Below are positions 28,661 to 39,032 of a stretch of 64,000 nucleotides of DNA, piece after piece; the first letter of the stretch is position 1, and each line of letters begins with the position of its first letter. The translations under genes were made by a program, and so were the position numbers. This stretch comes from an uncultured virus (IMG/VR IMGVR_UViG_3300049744_000074) (taxonomy: Duplodnaviria > Heunggongvirae > Uroviricota > Caudoviricetes), in the IMG/VR virus record IMGVR_UViG_3300049744_000074. One strand, given 5' to 3'. Under the pieces are notes generated by a model. The model saw only the letters and a list, made by a program, of their open reading frames with translations, had not been told where the DNA came from and ran no database searches.

Positions 28661-30871
28661 ATGGCCGACGACTTCACGCTACCGGATCCGCCGCCGATCG
28701 ACCCTGCTACGGGCCGGTCGCTGCGGCACAATCCCGCCGACGAGGCGCGCGTGATCAACTACGTCAACGGCCTGATGCAGGAGGCGTACGAGGACCGCCG
28801 CGAGCTCGACGACCAGGCGGACCGCAACGCGCAGCTGTACCTGGGACGGGCGCAGCTGTGCCGGCCCAAGAACGGCATGACGGCCCACCAGGTGAACCGC
28901 ATCCGCAACGTGGTCATTGCCCACGTGCAGGTGCAGACCGAGGAAACGCCGCGGGTGAAGCTGGGCGCCCGCGAGACCGCCGAGCCGGCGCTGGCCTACT
29001 TGAACACGCAGGCCAGCATCGGGCTCAACGGCCCGGCCGCCGGCGCGATCAAGACGCTCCTGCTCAACGTCCGGCCCGAGTGCTACCAGACCACGGGCGC
29101 CGACGGCAGTCCCGTGGATCCCGTGCCCCTCGATGATGCCGAGCAGGCCGCGGTGCAGGCGGCGATCGACGCGGGCATCCTGCCGGCCGAGTCGCTGATC
29201 ATGATTAACGATCGATCGGCCGCCGATGCCATGCAGACGGTCTTCGACATCATGTGGGACGAGTGCCGCGCGGATTTCTACAACCGCGAGACCACGTTCC
29301 TCAAGACCGACATCGGCTGGCAGTTCCAGCTCTACGGCTTCGACGATCAGCGCAAGCAGCACACGCTCTCCAATCCGTCGCATCTGCTGGTCTTCATCGA
29401 TCCCAACTGCACCGACATCGGGGACGCGGCCCACGCCGAGCTGGCGCAGTTCGTCGATCTCAACCGCGCCAAGGCCCGCTATCCCGGGTACGCCCAGCAG
29501 CTGCAGGATTCCTCCACCGTGGGGCGCGGGCCCCAGGGGAGTATCGGGGATTTCCCGTTCCGGCTGCCGCGAACGCTGGAGCACACCGACTTCCGGCGCC
29601 GCATGGTGCCGGTGCGGCATTGCTGGATCCGTGACTGGCCCTTTCCGATGACGCCCGACGAGGCCGTCGAGGCCGGCCACGTCCACCAGGCCCTCGAGGA
29701 AACCTCGCCGGCCGTGCCAGCCGTGCTCGATGACGACGGGAACGAGCTGCAGCCGGCCGCTGAGGCGCAGACCCAGGCCGTGCTGCAGCTGGGCGCACCC
29801 GGAAGCGTCGCGACGAAAATCCAGCCGGGAGATCAGGGCTGGCCAACGCGCCCGGGCATCCGCGAGATCTGCATCGTCGGCAATGTCGTGGTATCCGATC
29901 GGGAGACCGAATACGGCGACATCCCGCTGCCGCACTACGTCAACCTTCCCAAGCCGCAGTCTCCCTACGGGATGGGCGAGCCCGAGGCCCTGGAGCCGCT
30001 GCAGACCGCCCTGGATTGCCTGCTCACCGACGTGATGAATTATTTCCATCACTTCGGCGCGCCGTCGGTGGCAATGCCGCTGTCGGTCTCGCAGCGCATG
30101 CCCGGCTTTGCGGAGGGAGCCTACTCCGCTCCCTTCGGCGAGATCTGGGACATTCCCGACGACCTGGTCCAGAAGTACGGCATCGCCAACCTGGTGGGCT
30201 TCATCCCGCCGCCGCCGCTGCCGGCGGACTTCTGGCGGTTCTTCGAGATGCTGCTCGACCTGCTCGACAAGGAAGGGCAGGTGACGGAGGCCCTCGAGGG
30301 CGAGGGGAAGGCGCACTGGTCGGGGGATCTCGCCGCACGGCTGCAGGAAGCGGCCCGCGGCCTGATCGCCTGGAAATCCCAGCGCATGGAGGAGGGGATC
30401 CAATACCTCGCGCGGCTGATGCTGCACACCATCAACACGCGCCTGAGCATCGACGACCTCACGCGCATGTGCAGCAAGTACCCCCGCCATGTCTGGGCCG
30501 CGATCCGCGAACGCCGCAAGGGCGTCGACACCGACATCACCGTCGAGATCGTCTCGGGATCCGGCCAGCTCCGCGAGAAGGGCAAGCAGGATGCCATGGT
30601 CCTCTGGTCCGGCGGGAAAGGCCCGCTCTCGGAGACGACCCTCCTGGAGCGCTTCGGCGAAGACCCGAAGCTTGAACTGCAGAACAAAGTGACCGAGGCC
30701 CAGGACAAAGCCAAGGCCGCGTCACAGATCCAGCAAGTTGCCCCGGCCCTCCTTCCACCGCCCGGACCGGGCGCACCTCCAGGTGCGCCGGTCCAGGCGG
30801 CTGGCGGAGCGCCGGCACCGATACCCGCGGGCACTGTGCCCGCGCCTGTCGCCGCCCCCGTGGCCGCGTAA
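28661..30871 (+). CDS. Portal protein (P22-like, with insertions)
   Basis: Position after terminase; VNRIRNVV, VFIDP and PYGMGEPEALEPLQ. Confidence 0.8.
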   Translation: MADDFTLPDPPPIDPATGRSLRHNPADEARVINYVNGLMQEAYEDRRELDDQADRNAQLYLGRAQLCRPKNGMTAHQVNRIRNVVIAHVQVQTEETPRVKLGARETAEPALAYLNTQASIGLNGPAAGAIKTLLLNVRPECYQTTGADGSPVDPVPLDDAEQAAVQAAIDAGILPAESLIMINDRSAADAMQTVFDIMWDECRADFYNRETTFLKTDIGWQFQLYGFDDQRKQHTLSNPSHLLVFIDPNCTDIGDAAHAELAQFVDLNRAKARYPGYAQQLQDSSTVGRGPQGSIGDFPFRLPRTLEHTDFRRRMVPVRHCWIRDWPFPMTPDEAVEAGHVHQALEETSPAVPAVLDDDGNELQPAAEAQTQAVLQLGAPGSVATKIQPGDQGWPTRPGIREICIVGNVVVSDRETEYGDIPLPHYVNLPKPQSPYGMGEPEALEPLQTALDCLLTDVMNYFHHFGAPSVAMPLSVSQRMPGFAEGAYSAPFGEIWDIPDDLVQKYGIANLVGFIPPPPLPADFWRFFEMLLDLLDKEGQVTEALEGEGKAHWSGDLAARLQEAARGLIAWKSQRMEEGIQYLARLMLHTINTRLSIDDLTRMCSKYPRHVWAAIRERRKGVDTDITVEIVSGSGQLREKGKQDAMVLWSGGKGPLSETTLLERFGEDPKLELQNKVTEAQDKAKAASQIQQVAPALLPPPGPGAPPGAPVQAAGGAPAPIPAGTVPAPVAAPVAA

Positions 30872-30991
30872 CGCTCGCTCTGTCGCCGAGCTCCAGGCTC
30901 CGCCCCTGCTGTGCCTGCCCCGCTCGAAGCGCCCGACAAGAAAACGAGCTTCGCGATCTCCCCCGAGGCCGGCTGCTCATGAAAGGTTGCC

Positions 30992-32044
30992 ATGTTCCCG
31001 AGCTTCTCCATCCGTCGTCACCGTTCCGGCCTGCTGGGCGCCGCCATTGGGGCTGCGCTGTGCAAGTTTGGGTGCTACCAGCACGCCCCGGACGATGCCG
31101 GTGGAGCTGCTCCCGCAACTCCCCCTCCCACTCCCGCCGCCCCCGCCGCTCCGGCTGCTACCGCTACGGCCGTGGATGCCGACGAGCGCGTCCTGGTCCG
31201 GGAAACTCCCGAGGCCACGCCGGCCGAGCCCGCCGCCCCTGCGGCGCCAGCTGCCGAAGCTCCACCCGCGGAGACGCCGGCCGAAACGCCGGCCGAGCCG
31301 CAGACGCCCGCGCCTGTCGCGCCGCCTGAGCAAGGCACGATGCTGCAGCTGCAGCAGGAGCTGGTCCAACTTCGCGAGGCGATCGCCGAACTGCGCCAGC
31401 CCGCCGCCCCATCCACCAATCCGGCCACACCGCCGGCAGATCCGGCCGCGGCGGCTGCCAAGGCGGCCGAGCTCCAGGCGCAGGCCGACGAGCTCGATCG
31501 CATGCTGGCCCCCGACTACGAGGTCGACCTGGCCCAGGACGCAAAGACGATCGCCAAGGCCGTCAAGTCGCTGCAGCAGTCGCTTGCCCAGGAAGTCAAA
31601 CGCCTGCGCGAAGAGACCACGCTCGACCGATCGGCGCGCGAGGAGAACGAACGCCGGCAGGCGTTCCAGCAGCTCGACTCCCAGGTGAAAGCCCGGGATC
31701 CCAAGGCGGATCTCAAGAGCCTTTACAACCAGGCGGCGCAGCAGGCCCGCCAGGAAGGGTACGCGGACCTGGGCCCCAAGGCCTTCGAGCACCGCACCGG
31801 CCAGCTCCTGCAGGCCCGCATCGATGCCCTGGCACCAGCTGCGCCACCGGCCGCACCCGCGGCCCCCGCGGCGGTCCCCAAGCCTGCCACCCCCACCCCG
31901 CAAGCACCCAAACCGCCAGTAGCGCCGATCACGCCGAACGGCGCCAACGCGCGAATCCCCGCTGTCGGCGGTAATCCCCGCGTCACCAATCCCGTGCTGA
32001 CCGAAGACGAAATCTACGAGAAGCACAGCAACCTGGTGCGCTGA
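30992..32044 (+). CDS. Scaffolding protein
   Basis: Pro/Ala-rich with coiled coil; located between portal and capsid. Confidence 0.65.
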   Translation: MFPSFSIRRHRSGLLGAAIGAALCKFGCYQHAPDDAGGAAPATPPPTPAAPAAPAATATAVDADERVLVRETPEATPAEPAAPAAPAAEAPPAETPAETPAEPQTPAPVAPPEQGTMLQLQQELVQLREAIAELRQPAAPSTNPATPPADPAAAAAKAAELQAQADELDRMLAPDYEVDLAQDAKTIAKAVKSLQQSLAQEVKRLREETTLDRSAREENERRQAFQQLDSQVKARDPKADLKSLYNQAAQQARQEGYADLGPKAFEHRTGQLLQARIDALAPAAPPAAPAAPAAVPKPATPTPQAPKPPVAPITPNGANARIPAVGGNPRVTNPVLTEDEIYEKHSNLVR

Positions 32045-32085
32045 ACTGACTTTGAAAGGCCGCCGCGCCTGCGGCGGAAAAGCAT

Positions 32086-33240
32086 ATGGCTCTCGACTAC
32101 GTCCGTGAAGGCCTGCACGTGTTCGCGCAGGACCTCATTCTCCCCTACATCTGCTCCAACGCCTTCGGCCGGCTGCCGCTCTTGTACTTCATGGCGCTGC
32201 GCTCCGGGCAGACCAGCAAGACCAGCACCACCCTGGGCCGGCCCGGCATGCAGCCGATCCTCTCGGGCGCCAGCCTCTCCAAGGCCCGCCAGGAGGAGCT
32301 CTCGGGCTTCTCGGTCAAGGTGAACATCCACACCGGGACCAGCGACAACACCAAGGAAATGGGCGCCCGCGACACCCGCCCCACCGTCACTACCAGCCAG
32401 GACCAGAACTACGCGGAGGCGGAGTTCCGCCGCGCCCGCATCATCACGCCGATCAAGATCAGCCACATGGCGATGAACCTGGCCATGGGGAGCGGCAACG
32501 GCGATGCCCGGTCGGCCAACCGCGCCGTGCTCAACCTCGTGCGCAACGCTACGGACGAGGCCATGGGCGTGCACGCCACCTTCCAGGCCACGCGCATGTG
32601 GTTCGGCGGGTCGATCAACCCGACCGACAGCGTCGACTACACCTTCAATCAGAACGTGTTCCCCTGGACGCGATACCTGGGGATCCTCTCGGCGATGAAC
32701 ACCGACAACACGTACGGCCGCGTCCCGCGGTCGGCGCTGCCGTCGGGCGCCGCGTGGAAGGGCAAGCGCATCACCAGCCCTTTCGCGTGCGACATCTTCG
32801 AGCTCATCGACGAGATGAACATTGCCCAGGGCTGCGCCGATTCCGGCATCGGCGACGGCGGCATCACGCTGCTCCTCTGCACCAAAAAGCAGTTCCGTAA
32901 ATACAAGCGGCAGGCCCGCAAGGAAGGCATGAAGTACTGGCCCGAGGGCGTGCCGGAGATGGCGGAGCTGGGATTCAAGCGCGAGGTGATCCTGGTGGAC
33001 AACACCTACGTCACCTACGACCCGCTCTGCCCCGCGGGCTACGCGGCCGGCTTCAACCTGGGCACGTGGGCCTTCGCCGCGGACAAGAAGGACAACTTCC
33101 GCGTCACCGAGTTCAAGAGCATGGCCGACAACGGCCAGTCCGCCGGCGAGGAAGCCGACCAGGCCTTCGTCATCACCGAGGCCTCCCTGATCAACTGGTC
33201 GCCGTACGCCAACTGCCTGGCGACGGCGATTTCCGAATAG
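32086..33240 (+). CDS. Major capsid protein
   Basis: 384 aa, follows the scaffold gene; YLGILSAM..NTYGRV.R and VTYDP.CP motifs; strong codon bias. Confidence 0.75.
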   Translation: MALDYVREGLHVFAQDLILPYICSNAFGRLPLLYFMALRSGQTSKTSTTLGRPGMQPILSGASLSKARQEELSGFSVKVNIHTGTSDNTKEMGARDTRPTVTTSQDQNYAEAEFRRARIITPIKISHMAMNLAMGSGNGDARSANRAVLNLVRNATDEAMGVHATFQATRMWFGGSINPTDSVDYTFNQNVFPWTRYLGILSAMNTDNTYGRVPRSALPSGAAWKGKRITSPFACDIFELIDEMNIAQGCADSGIGDGGITLLLCTKKQFRKYKRQARKEGMKYWPEGVPEMAELGFKREVILVDNTYVTYDPLCPAGYAAGFNLGTWAFAADKKDNFRVTEFKSMADNGQSAGEEADQAFVITEASLINWSPYANCLATAISE

Positions 33241-33337
33241 TGCTCTCACGCGGCCGGGACCGTGGGGACGTCCAACCCCACGGCTCCCCGCCGTTTTTTC
33301 GTTCCTCTGACCCCCGCACATATTTCTGGAGAAAGCC

Positions 33338-33628
33338 ATGGCTTTCACTGCACAGACCCTCGACACGCCCACGCGGCCGCCCGAGGTGCATTTCGTTCCT
33401 TTCGTCACGACCGGCGCGACCGTCGAAGTCGCCACCCAGCTCAAAGTGATCACCGGCTTTGGATTCGGCCACGTCGGCAGCCCCACCGTCGACGAGGTCC
33501 TCTCGATCGACGAGACCGTCAGCGACTTCGGGCAGATCGTCGTGCCCGACGGCGGGTTCATCACCGTCAAGCGCGCCGCTACCACGACCTCCGGCCTGGT
33601 CGTCTCGCTGATCCTCTTCGGATATTGA
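33338..33628 (+). CDS. Small virion (decoration-like) protein
   Basis: GGAG RBS; beta-rich; follows the capsid gene. Confidence 0.55.
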   Translation: MAFTAQTLDTPTRPPEVHFVPFVTTGATVEVATQLKVITGFGFGHVGSPTVDEVLSIDETVSDFGQIVVPDGGFITVKRAATTTSGLVVSLILFGY

Positions 33629-33690
33629 CCGCCCCCCCCTTCGGCGCGGCACACAAACCGCCGCCACGCGCGGCAGAAAAGGAGTCTCCC

Positions 33691-34338
33691 GTGAGACTGC
33701 GATTACTTCCCCTGATCCTGGCGGTGCTCGCCCTCGTGAGCTGCGCGCTGGGCGGCTGCAACCTGCCGGCCGGGCCCACGATCTCCGAGCAGCAGAACAT
33801 CGCCCAGGCGATGGTCGACGCGGCCACCAGCTCCAAGCAGGCGGCGGCCGACGCGAGCCAGGCCCTGGCGACCGTCAAGGCCGCGGCGGCCGCTGCGACC
33901 CAGCCGATCGTCGTGGTGCCGGCGACACCCACCACGCCGGCGACGACAGCACCGGCGCCCCAGCCGATCGTGCAGGCGGCGACGTCCGTCAGCGCTGCGG
34001 TGGCCAAAGCCGAGCCCGTGCTGGCCGCCGCCAACACCGCCACCACCATCGCCACCGAGCTGGCCACCCAGTACCGCGACCAGATGGCGGCCGCCAAGAC
34101 CCAGCAGGATGCCCAGATCGCGCAACTCACTGCGGCCCTGAACGCGGCGAAGGCGATCACGGCCGTCGCGGCGCCCCAGTACTCGCCGTACGTCGATGTC
34201 GCGGCGCTGGTCGTCTCGCTGCTGGTCGGCCTCGCCGGCGTCTACAAGGGCCACCAGACTGCCGCCCTGGCGATCACCACGCCCGGTACCACACCGTCGC
34301 CCGCTTCCTCCCCCCCCACCGCCGCCTCCAGCTCGTAG
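33691..34338 (+). CDS. Lipoprotein with C-terminal TM helix (u-spanin-like topology)
   Basis: AAGGAG RBS, signal peptide with LGGC lipobox, Ala-rich helices and a VAALVVSLLVGLAGVY TM. Confidence 0.6.
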   Translation: MRLRLLPLILAVLALVSCALGGCNLPAGPTISEQQNIAQAMVDAATSSKQAAADASQALATVKAAAAAATQPIVVVPATPTTPATTAPAPQPIVQAATSVSAAVAKAEPVLAAANTATTIATELATQYRDQMAAAKTQQDAQIAQLTAALNAAKAITAVAAPQYSPYVDVAALVVSLLVGLAGVYKGHQTAALAITTPGTTPSPASSPPTAASSS

Positions 34339-34345
34339 GGATCCG

Positions 34346-34921
34346 ATGATCGCAACCTTTGTCAGCGGGTTCACCGAGAAGGTCGACGACGGCTCGCCGA
34401 TCTGGGCGATCGCCGATCGCGTCGAGATCCTCGAGGGCGTCGAGCAGGTCAGCCGCCGCACCTGGCAGGATGACCTGGTGAAGTCAATCACGGATCCGCC
34501 GGTCGAGGGACCGAAGCCCAAGCGGCTGGTCGTGGTCTACTCCTACGGCTGCGCGGACCTCTTCCGCGCCATCGCCGCGGCGGAGCGGCTCGGCCTCACG
34601 GTGCGGATCGATTTCCTGGTGATCATCGTCGGTGTGCCGCGCTGGGCCGATGGGCAGTTTCAGCCCGACTGCTGGGTCATCCCCGACTCGGTCCGCTCCT
34701 GCATCTGCTTTTCCACCGATAGCTCGGTCTTCCCGGCCTGCAGCCCCATCCGCAACCCGTCAGCCAAGTGGCTCAATTACTCGGTCGCCTGGCAGGGCGT
34801 CGACCACAGCAACGTCGTCGCCCTCCCCGTCGTGATGGAGACCGTCCTCGATGCCGCGGCCCGCCTGGTCTCGGCCGAGCGCAAGCCTGTCCCCGCCGCT
34901 GCGCCCCCCGCGTCGGTTTGA
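34346..34921 (+). CDS. Minimal alpha/beta-hydrolase-like protein
   Basis: VVVYSYGC nucleophile elbow, IDFLVII and a late DH. Confidence 0.55.
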   Translation: MIATFVSGFTEKVDDGSPIWAIADRVEILEGVEQVSRRTWQDDLVKSITDPPVEGPKPKRLVVVYSYGCADLFRAIAAAERLGLTVRIDFLVIIVGVPRWADGQFQPDCWVIPDSVRSCICFSTDSSVFPACSPIRNPSAKWLNYSVAWQGVDHSNVVALPVVMETVLDAAARLVSAERKPVPAAAPPASV

Positions 34922-34975
34922 ATTCCTCCCCGCACGCGGGACGCCCGGCGGGGGCTTTTTTCTTTCGGAGCATGC

Positions 34976-36505
34976 ATGACCACGACGCTGAAATGGACGC
35001 CGGAGACCGGAGCCACCGCCCAGACCCTGATCTGCGGGGGCCAGACCCTGGTGCTTGCGCCTGGCGTGGACAGTGTGACGATCGACGCCGTGATGCCCCC
35101 ACCGCCTCCGCCTCCCCCCCCGCCGCCCCCGCCGCCCCCGCCCGGCGTCCTGCTTGCCGATGGCAGCTTTGAGGGCGTCGATGCCAAAGGGTACACCTAC
35201 CGCCCGCAGGGCATGCGCTGGGCGTTCACCGGCAACGCCGGCATCCAGGCCAACGGCAGCGCGTGGGGCGGGGCGCCCTCGCCGGCAGGGCCGCAGTCGG
35301 CGTTCCTGCAAAGCGGTGGCGGCGACCCGCATATGGCCGGCAGCATCCTGCAGGTCTTCGAGATCGCCACCGCCGGCTCCTACGTGCTGTCGTTCCGGGC
35401 GGCGCTGCGGGCGTATCGCTCGGGCACGACCCAACCGCAGGCGATCGCGGTCATGGTCGATGGCGTGCAGGAGACGATTGCCCGGCCGAGCAGCTCGGCG
35501 GCGTGGGACACCTGCCAGCTGTCGCTGCAGCTGTCGGCCGGCCAGCACACCCTGACCTTCGCGGCGACGGTGACACTCAATGACACCAGCGCCTTTATCG
35601 ATGATGCGCAGCTGTTCGGCGAGGCCGTTGACGCTCCCGCTGATCCGCCGCCCGTCTCCACCACCCCACCGCCGCCCCCTGCGGACCCTGCGGCGATCGT
35701 TGCGCCGATCGTTTACGACGGCCGCAGCATCACCCAACCGGACGGCTCGATCGACTGGTACATGCCGGACTCGGCGATCCCGGACCTGGGCGCGACCTAT
35801 GCCGCCGACACCGGCAACCTCTACGGCCCGGATGGCGTGCCGGACCCCGGCGATCTCAAGCAGGGGCTGCTGGCCAACTGCTTTGTGATCGCGCCCTCCC
35901 AGCAGCTGGCGCGGCAGCATCCCGACCTGGCGGCCGCGATGGTTCACGCTGAGCCCGGGGGTGTCGTAGTCTCCCTGCAGTACACGCCGGATATGTCCGT
36001 GGTCTCGACCTACACCCGCTCGGTGACGCGCCGAATCCACATGACCAACCTGCTTCCCAAGGCTGATCCCGCGGGACCGGGCGGGGCGACGTGGGGCCAG
36101 TTCATCGATAAAGCGATGGCGGGACTGCTGGGCGGAGGGTTTGCGGCGGCCATGAACCGCGGCTCCTCGGTGCTGACGGCGTGGCTGGAATCGTTCAAGG
36201 CGATTGCCAACGTGACGCTCAACGTCGCATCCCCGCAGGCGGCGGCGGACAAGATCAATGCCGCGCTGGCGGCGGGAGCAGTGGGATTCTTCAATGACCT
36301 GGGCGCGCCTTTGGCGACGAATCACTGTTACGGGATCGAGGGGGCATCCGTGGTCAATGGGGTCGGGTTTCTCAAGCTGCGCAACCCCTGGGGCATCGAC
36401 GGTCCCGGCTCGACCGATGGCGTGAACGATGGACTGCTGACGGTGAGCTTCGCGGATGTGGTGGCGGCGATGGCGATGCCGGTGGTTTTCATGGCGACGA
36501 GGTGA
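34976..36505 (+). CDS. Calpain-like (C2/papain-fold) cysteine protease with N-terminal carbohydrate-binding-like domain
   Basis: DLKQGLLANCF (Cys), NHCYGI (His) and LRNPWG (Asn); poly-Pro linkers. Confidence 0.75.
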   Translation: MTTTLKWTPETGATAQTLICGGQTLVLAPGVDSVTIDAVMPPPPPPPPPPPPPPPPGVLLADGSFEGVDAKGYTYRPQGMRWAFTGNAGIQANGSAWGGAPSPAGPQSAFLQSGGGDPHMAGSILQVFEIATAGSYVLSFRAALRAYRSGTTQPQAIAVMVDGVQETIARPSSSAAWDTCQLSLQLSAGQHTLTFAATVTLNDTSAFIDDAQLFGEAVDAPADPPPVSTTPPPPPADPAAIVAPIVYDGRSITQPDGSIDWYMPDSAIPDLGATYAADTGNLYGPDGVPDPGDLKQGLLANCFVIAPSQQLARQHPDLAAAMVHAEPGGVVVSLQYTPDMSVVSTYTRSVTRRIHMTNLLPKADPAGPGGATWGQFIDKAMAGLLGGGFAAAMNRGSSVLTAWLESFKAIANVTLNVASPQAAADKINAALAAGAVGFFNDLGAPLATNHCYGIEGASVVNGVGFLKLRNPWGIDGPGSTDGVNDGLLTVSFADVVAAMAMPVVFMATR

Positions 36506-36707
36506 TCAGATGCCCCGATCCATGCGTTCGTCGTCGGTCTCCAGCGGAATGGGGCTCTTTCGGGAGGCCAAGGCCAAAAGGGTCCACACGATGGCGGCCC
36601 CAAGAACCGCTAAACCCACGATGTAGAGCAACGGTGCTTCTCCCATTAGGAAATACTAAGAACCGAACTCTACACCGTCCTTTTAGGGAAGCAAGAGGAA
36701 AAATCTA

Positions 36708-38654
36708 ATGAGCACGGTAACCCTCGGGTCTAATACTTCGCCGATCGAGAACCTCGGATGGGTTGACAATAACCCGGGCCCCCCAGGCACCCGGAAATCA
36801 TTCAAGATTCACGGCGATACCCTCGAAATCTCTGTTTTTTCTTTTGCCACTGGCACCGCAAGTGCCTTGGTCTACGTAGACGGCGTGGCCCAAACGAGAA
36901 TGGATATTACGCACAGTGGCAGCTTCGACTATTACACGTTTTGGACCGGCACAGATGGGGATCACGATGTCGAGATCATCTATGACGGCGCCGGCACCAC
37001 GCCGTATTTTTGGACGCAAAATGTTCGAGTCACTTCCACGGGCGGCACGGCCGCTATCACCGCGTTTTACGATCAGGTGATGCCGCTCGTTCCTGGCGGG
37101 TCTCTCGATACCACAAATTTCCAGCATGAGGGCCCCACCACTACCGGCAGCAATAAAGTATTGAACTGCCATCGCCCGAACGCCACTATCCGCATTAAAG
37201 GGGCCATCACCGCGATTCAGGCGTTCATCTACTTTTTTGGTAGTGACACTGCCTATTTCCGCATCCACAAGAAGAATGGTGGGGGCACCTACGACATCAT
37301 CAGCGGAGACGATCCAATTGCGTGCGAGGCCACGCTGGGCAACGGATTCAACCTCCTGCCTGTCATGAGCGGCTTGGACGGAACAACCCAAGAATACTTG
37401 ATCGAGTACTATGTTTGCACGAACACGAGCGGATGCGGGATCAATGCCTTTGTGTTCTCGGGTAGTGGGATCGTAGCCCACGGATACGGCAGCACCTATC
37501 GGGACGCATATGCCTATCTGGGGGATTCCCTTGGGTCGCCTGATTCCGGATTGGCCAACGGCGAACTCTGGCCGTCCCTGATTTCCCGCCGCAACAACGC
37601 CGCTTGCGTTAACCTCTGCGTCGGCGGCACAAAAATTGGGGACATCGCCTCGACTGCGGAGTCCCTGCTGGGATCGTGCCCACAGACGATTACAAAAGTT
37701 TTTGGAGTCGGCGGTCGGAATGATGTATTTGGCGCGGTGGCCACTTCCACCACGCGCACCAACATGGGCACCTTGATAACGAACGTCCTGGGGGCCGTGA
37801 GTTGTGACTTTTACTTCCTGCTGATGCCCTATACGGGCGATTCGGCACAGAACGGTTCGGACGACACCTATATCCTCGCGGAGGAAAATGGTGTGGCCGA
37901 TATCGGTGATTCCCGAGTTCACACCTACGATCCCCGGCCGGTGCTGGTGCAGCCTGACGATTTTACGGTCGGCTTCACTGCCCATCTTGTGGCTTCGGGG
38001 AATCTGCACATCGCCGATCTCATCTCGCCGCTGGCCGATCCTGTCATCCCCACCGGCCTCGAGGCCACGGCCGCCAGCTCCTCGCAGATCGACCTGACCT
38101 ACGACGAGGACCCGGCCAATACTGCCTTCAAGGTCTACGGCTCGGACACGGAAGGCGGCAGCTACACGCTGCTCGACACCGTCGACCCCGGCGACTTCTA
38201 CAGCGAGACCGGCCTGAGCGCCAGCCAGACCCGCTGGTACAAGCTCAAGGGGAGCAACGCGCAGGGAGACTCCGATTTCTCGGATGCGGCCAGCGCCACC
38301 ACCGACAGCGACGGCGGCGACAGCGGCGGTGGCGGATCCGCGCCCCCCACGCCCACCGGCCTGGTCGTCTCGCCGCGTAACACGGGCCTGGGCGTCTCCT
38401 GGTCCGCCTCCGCGGGCGCCCAGGAATACGACCTCTACGTGAACGGCGTGCTCAATAAGACCGTCACCAGCACCTTCACGCGCGTCACCGGCCTGACCAA
38501 CGGCGTCAGCTACGCCATCACCGTCGTGGCGGTGAATGCCGACGGCGAGTCGGATCCAACCAGCGCCGTCAACGGCACCCCGGCGGCGCCCGCCGGCGGA
38601 GCGGCCGTCCGCATCGAAGAAAGCCCGGGCCTGGGCCTGGGCGTGATTGACTGA
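36708..38654 (+). CDS. SGNH/GDSL esterase plus two fibronectin-III domains (tail-associated)
   Basis: YLGDSL, NLCVGG, GGRND and ..AHL; PTGLEATA..YSETGL and PTGLVV..LTNGVSYAITVVAVN. Confidence 0.75.
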   Translation: MSTVTLGSNTSPIENLGWVDNNPGPPGTRKSFKIHGDTLEISVFSFATGTASALVYVDGVAQTRMDITHSGSFDYYTFWTGTDGDHDVEIIYDGAGTTPYFWTQNVRVTSTGGTAAITAFYDQVMPLVPGGSLDTTNFQHEGPTTTGSNKVLNCHRPNATIRIKGAITAIQAFIYFFGSDTAYFRIHKKNGGGTYDIISGDDPIACEATLGNGFNLLPVMSGLDGTTQEYLIEYYVCTNTSGCGINAFVFSGSGIVAHGYGSTYRDAYAYLGDSLGSPDSGLANGELWPSLISRRNNAACVNLCVGGTKIGDIASTAESLLGSCPQTITKVFGVGGRNDVFGAVATSTTRTNMGTLITNVLGAVSCDFYFLLMPYTGDSAQNGSDDTYILAEENGVADIGDSRVHTYDPRPVLVQPDDFTVGFTAHLVASGNLHIADLISPLADPVIPTGLEATAASSSQIDLTYDEDPANTAFKVYGSDTEGGSYTLLDTVDPGDFYSETGLSASQTRWYKLKGSNAQGDSDFSDAASATTDSDGGDSGGGGSAPPTPTGLVVSPRNTGLGVSWSASAGAQEYDLYVNGVLNKTVTSTFTRVTGLTNGVSYAITVVAVNADGESDPTSAVNGTPAAPAGGAAVRIEESPGLGLGVID

Positions 38655-38690
38655 ACCCTCACCCCCCGTCCTCCTTCCAGGAGCCATTCC

Positions 38691-39020
38691 ATGAGCACCC
38701 TCTGCGGAACCGGTGGCGTCGCCACACTCCCCGACGGCGGCGCCGGCAACACGGAAACCACGATCTTCGACTCGTCGCAAAACGGCGGATCGATCGCCGG
38801 CTACCACGTCAAAAACCTCTCGGACACCGACGACATCAAGATCCGCGTCGGCGGGATGCACCTCGACGAGACGGCCGACGGCGGAACCGACGGCATGGCG
38901 GTGCTCGGGCCAGGTGAGGAGCTGCTCTTCGCCTGGGAAGGAAACTGCATCGATAAGGTCAGCGGCTACGGCGACGGCGCCGACGTGCAGATCCGCTGCT
39001 TTGTCCAGTCGCGCCGCTAA
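38691..39020 (+). CDS. Small structural protein
   Basis: AGGAG RBS; VKN....I.L.PGE pattern. Confidence 0.55.
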   Translation: MSTLCGTGGVATLPDGGAGNTETTIFDSSQNGGSIAGYHVKNLSDTDDIKIRVGGMHLDETADGGTDGMAVLGPGEELLFAWEGNCIDKVSGYGDGADVQIRCFVQSRR

Positions 39021-39032
39021 CGGAGTCGCCCC

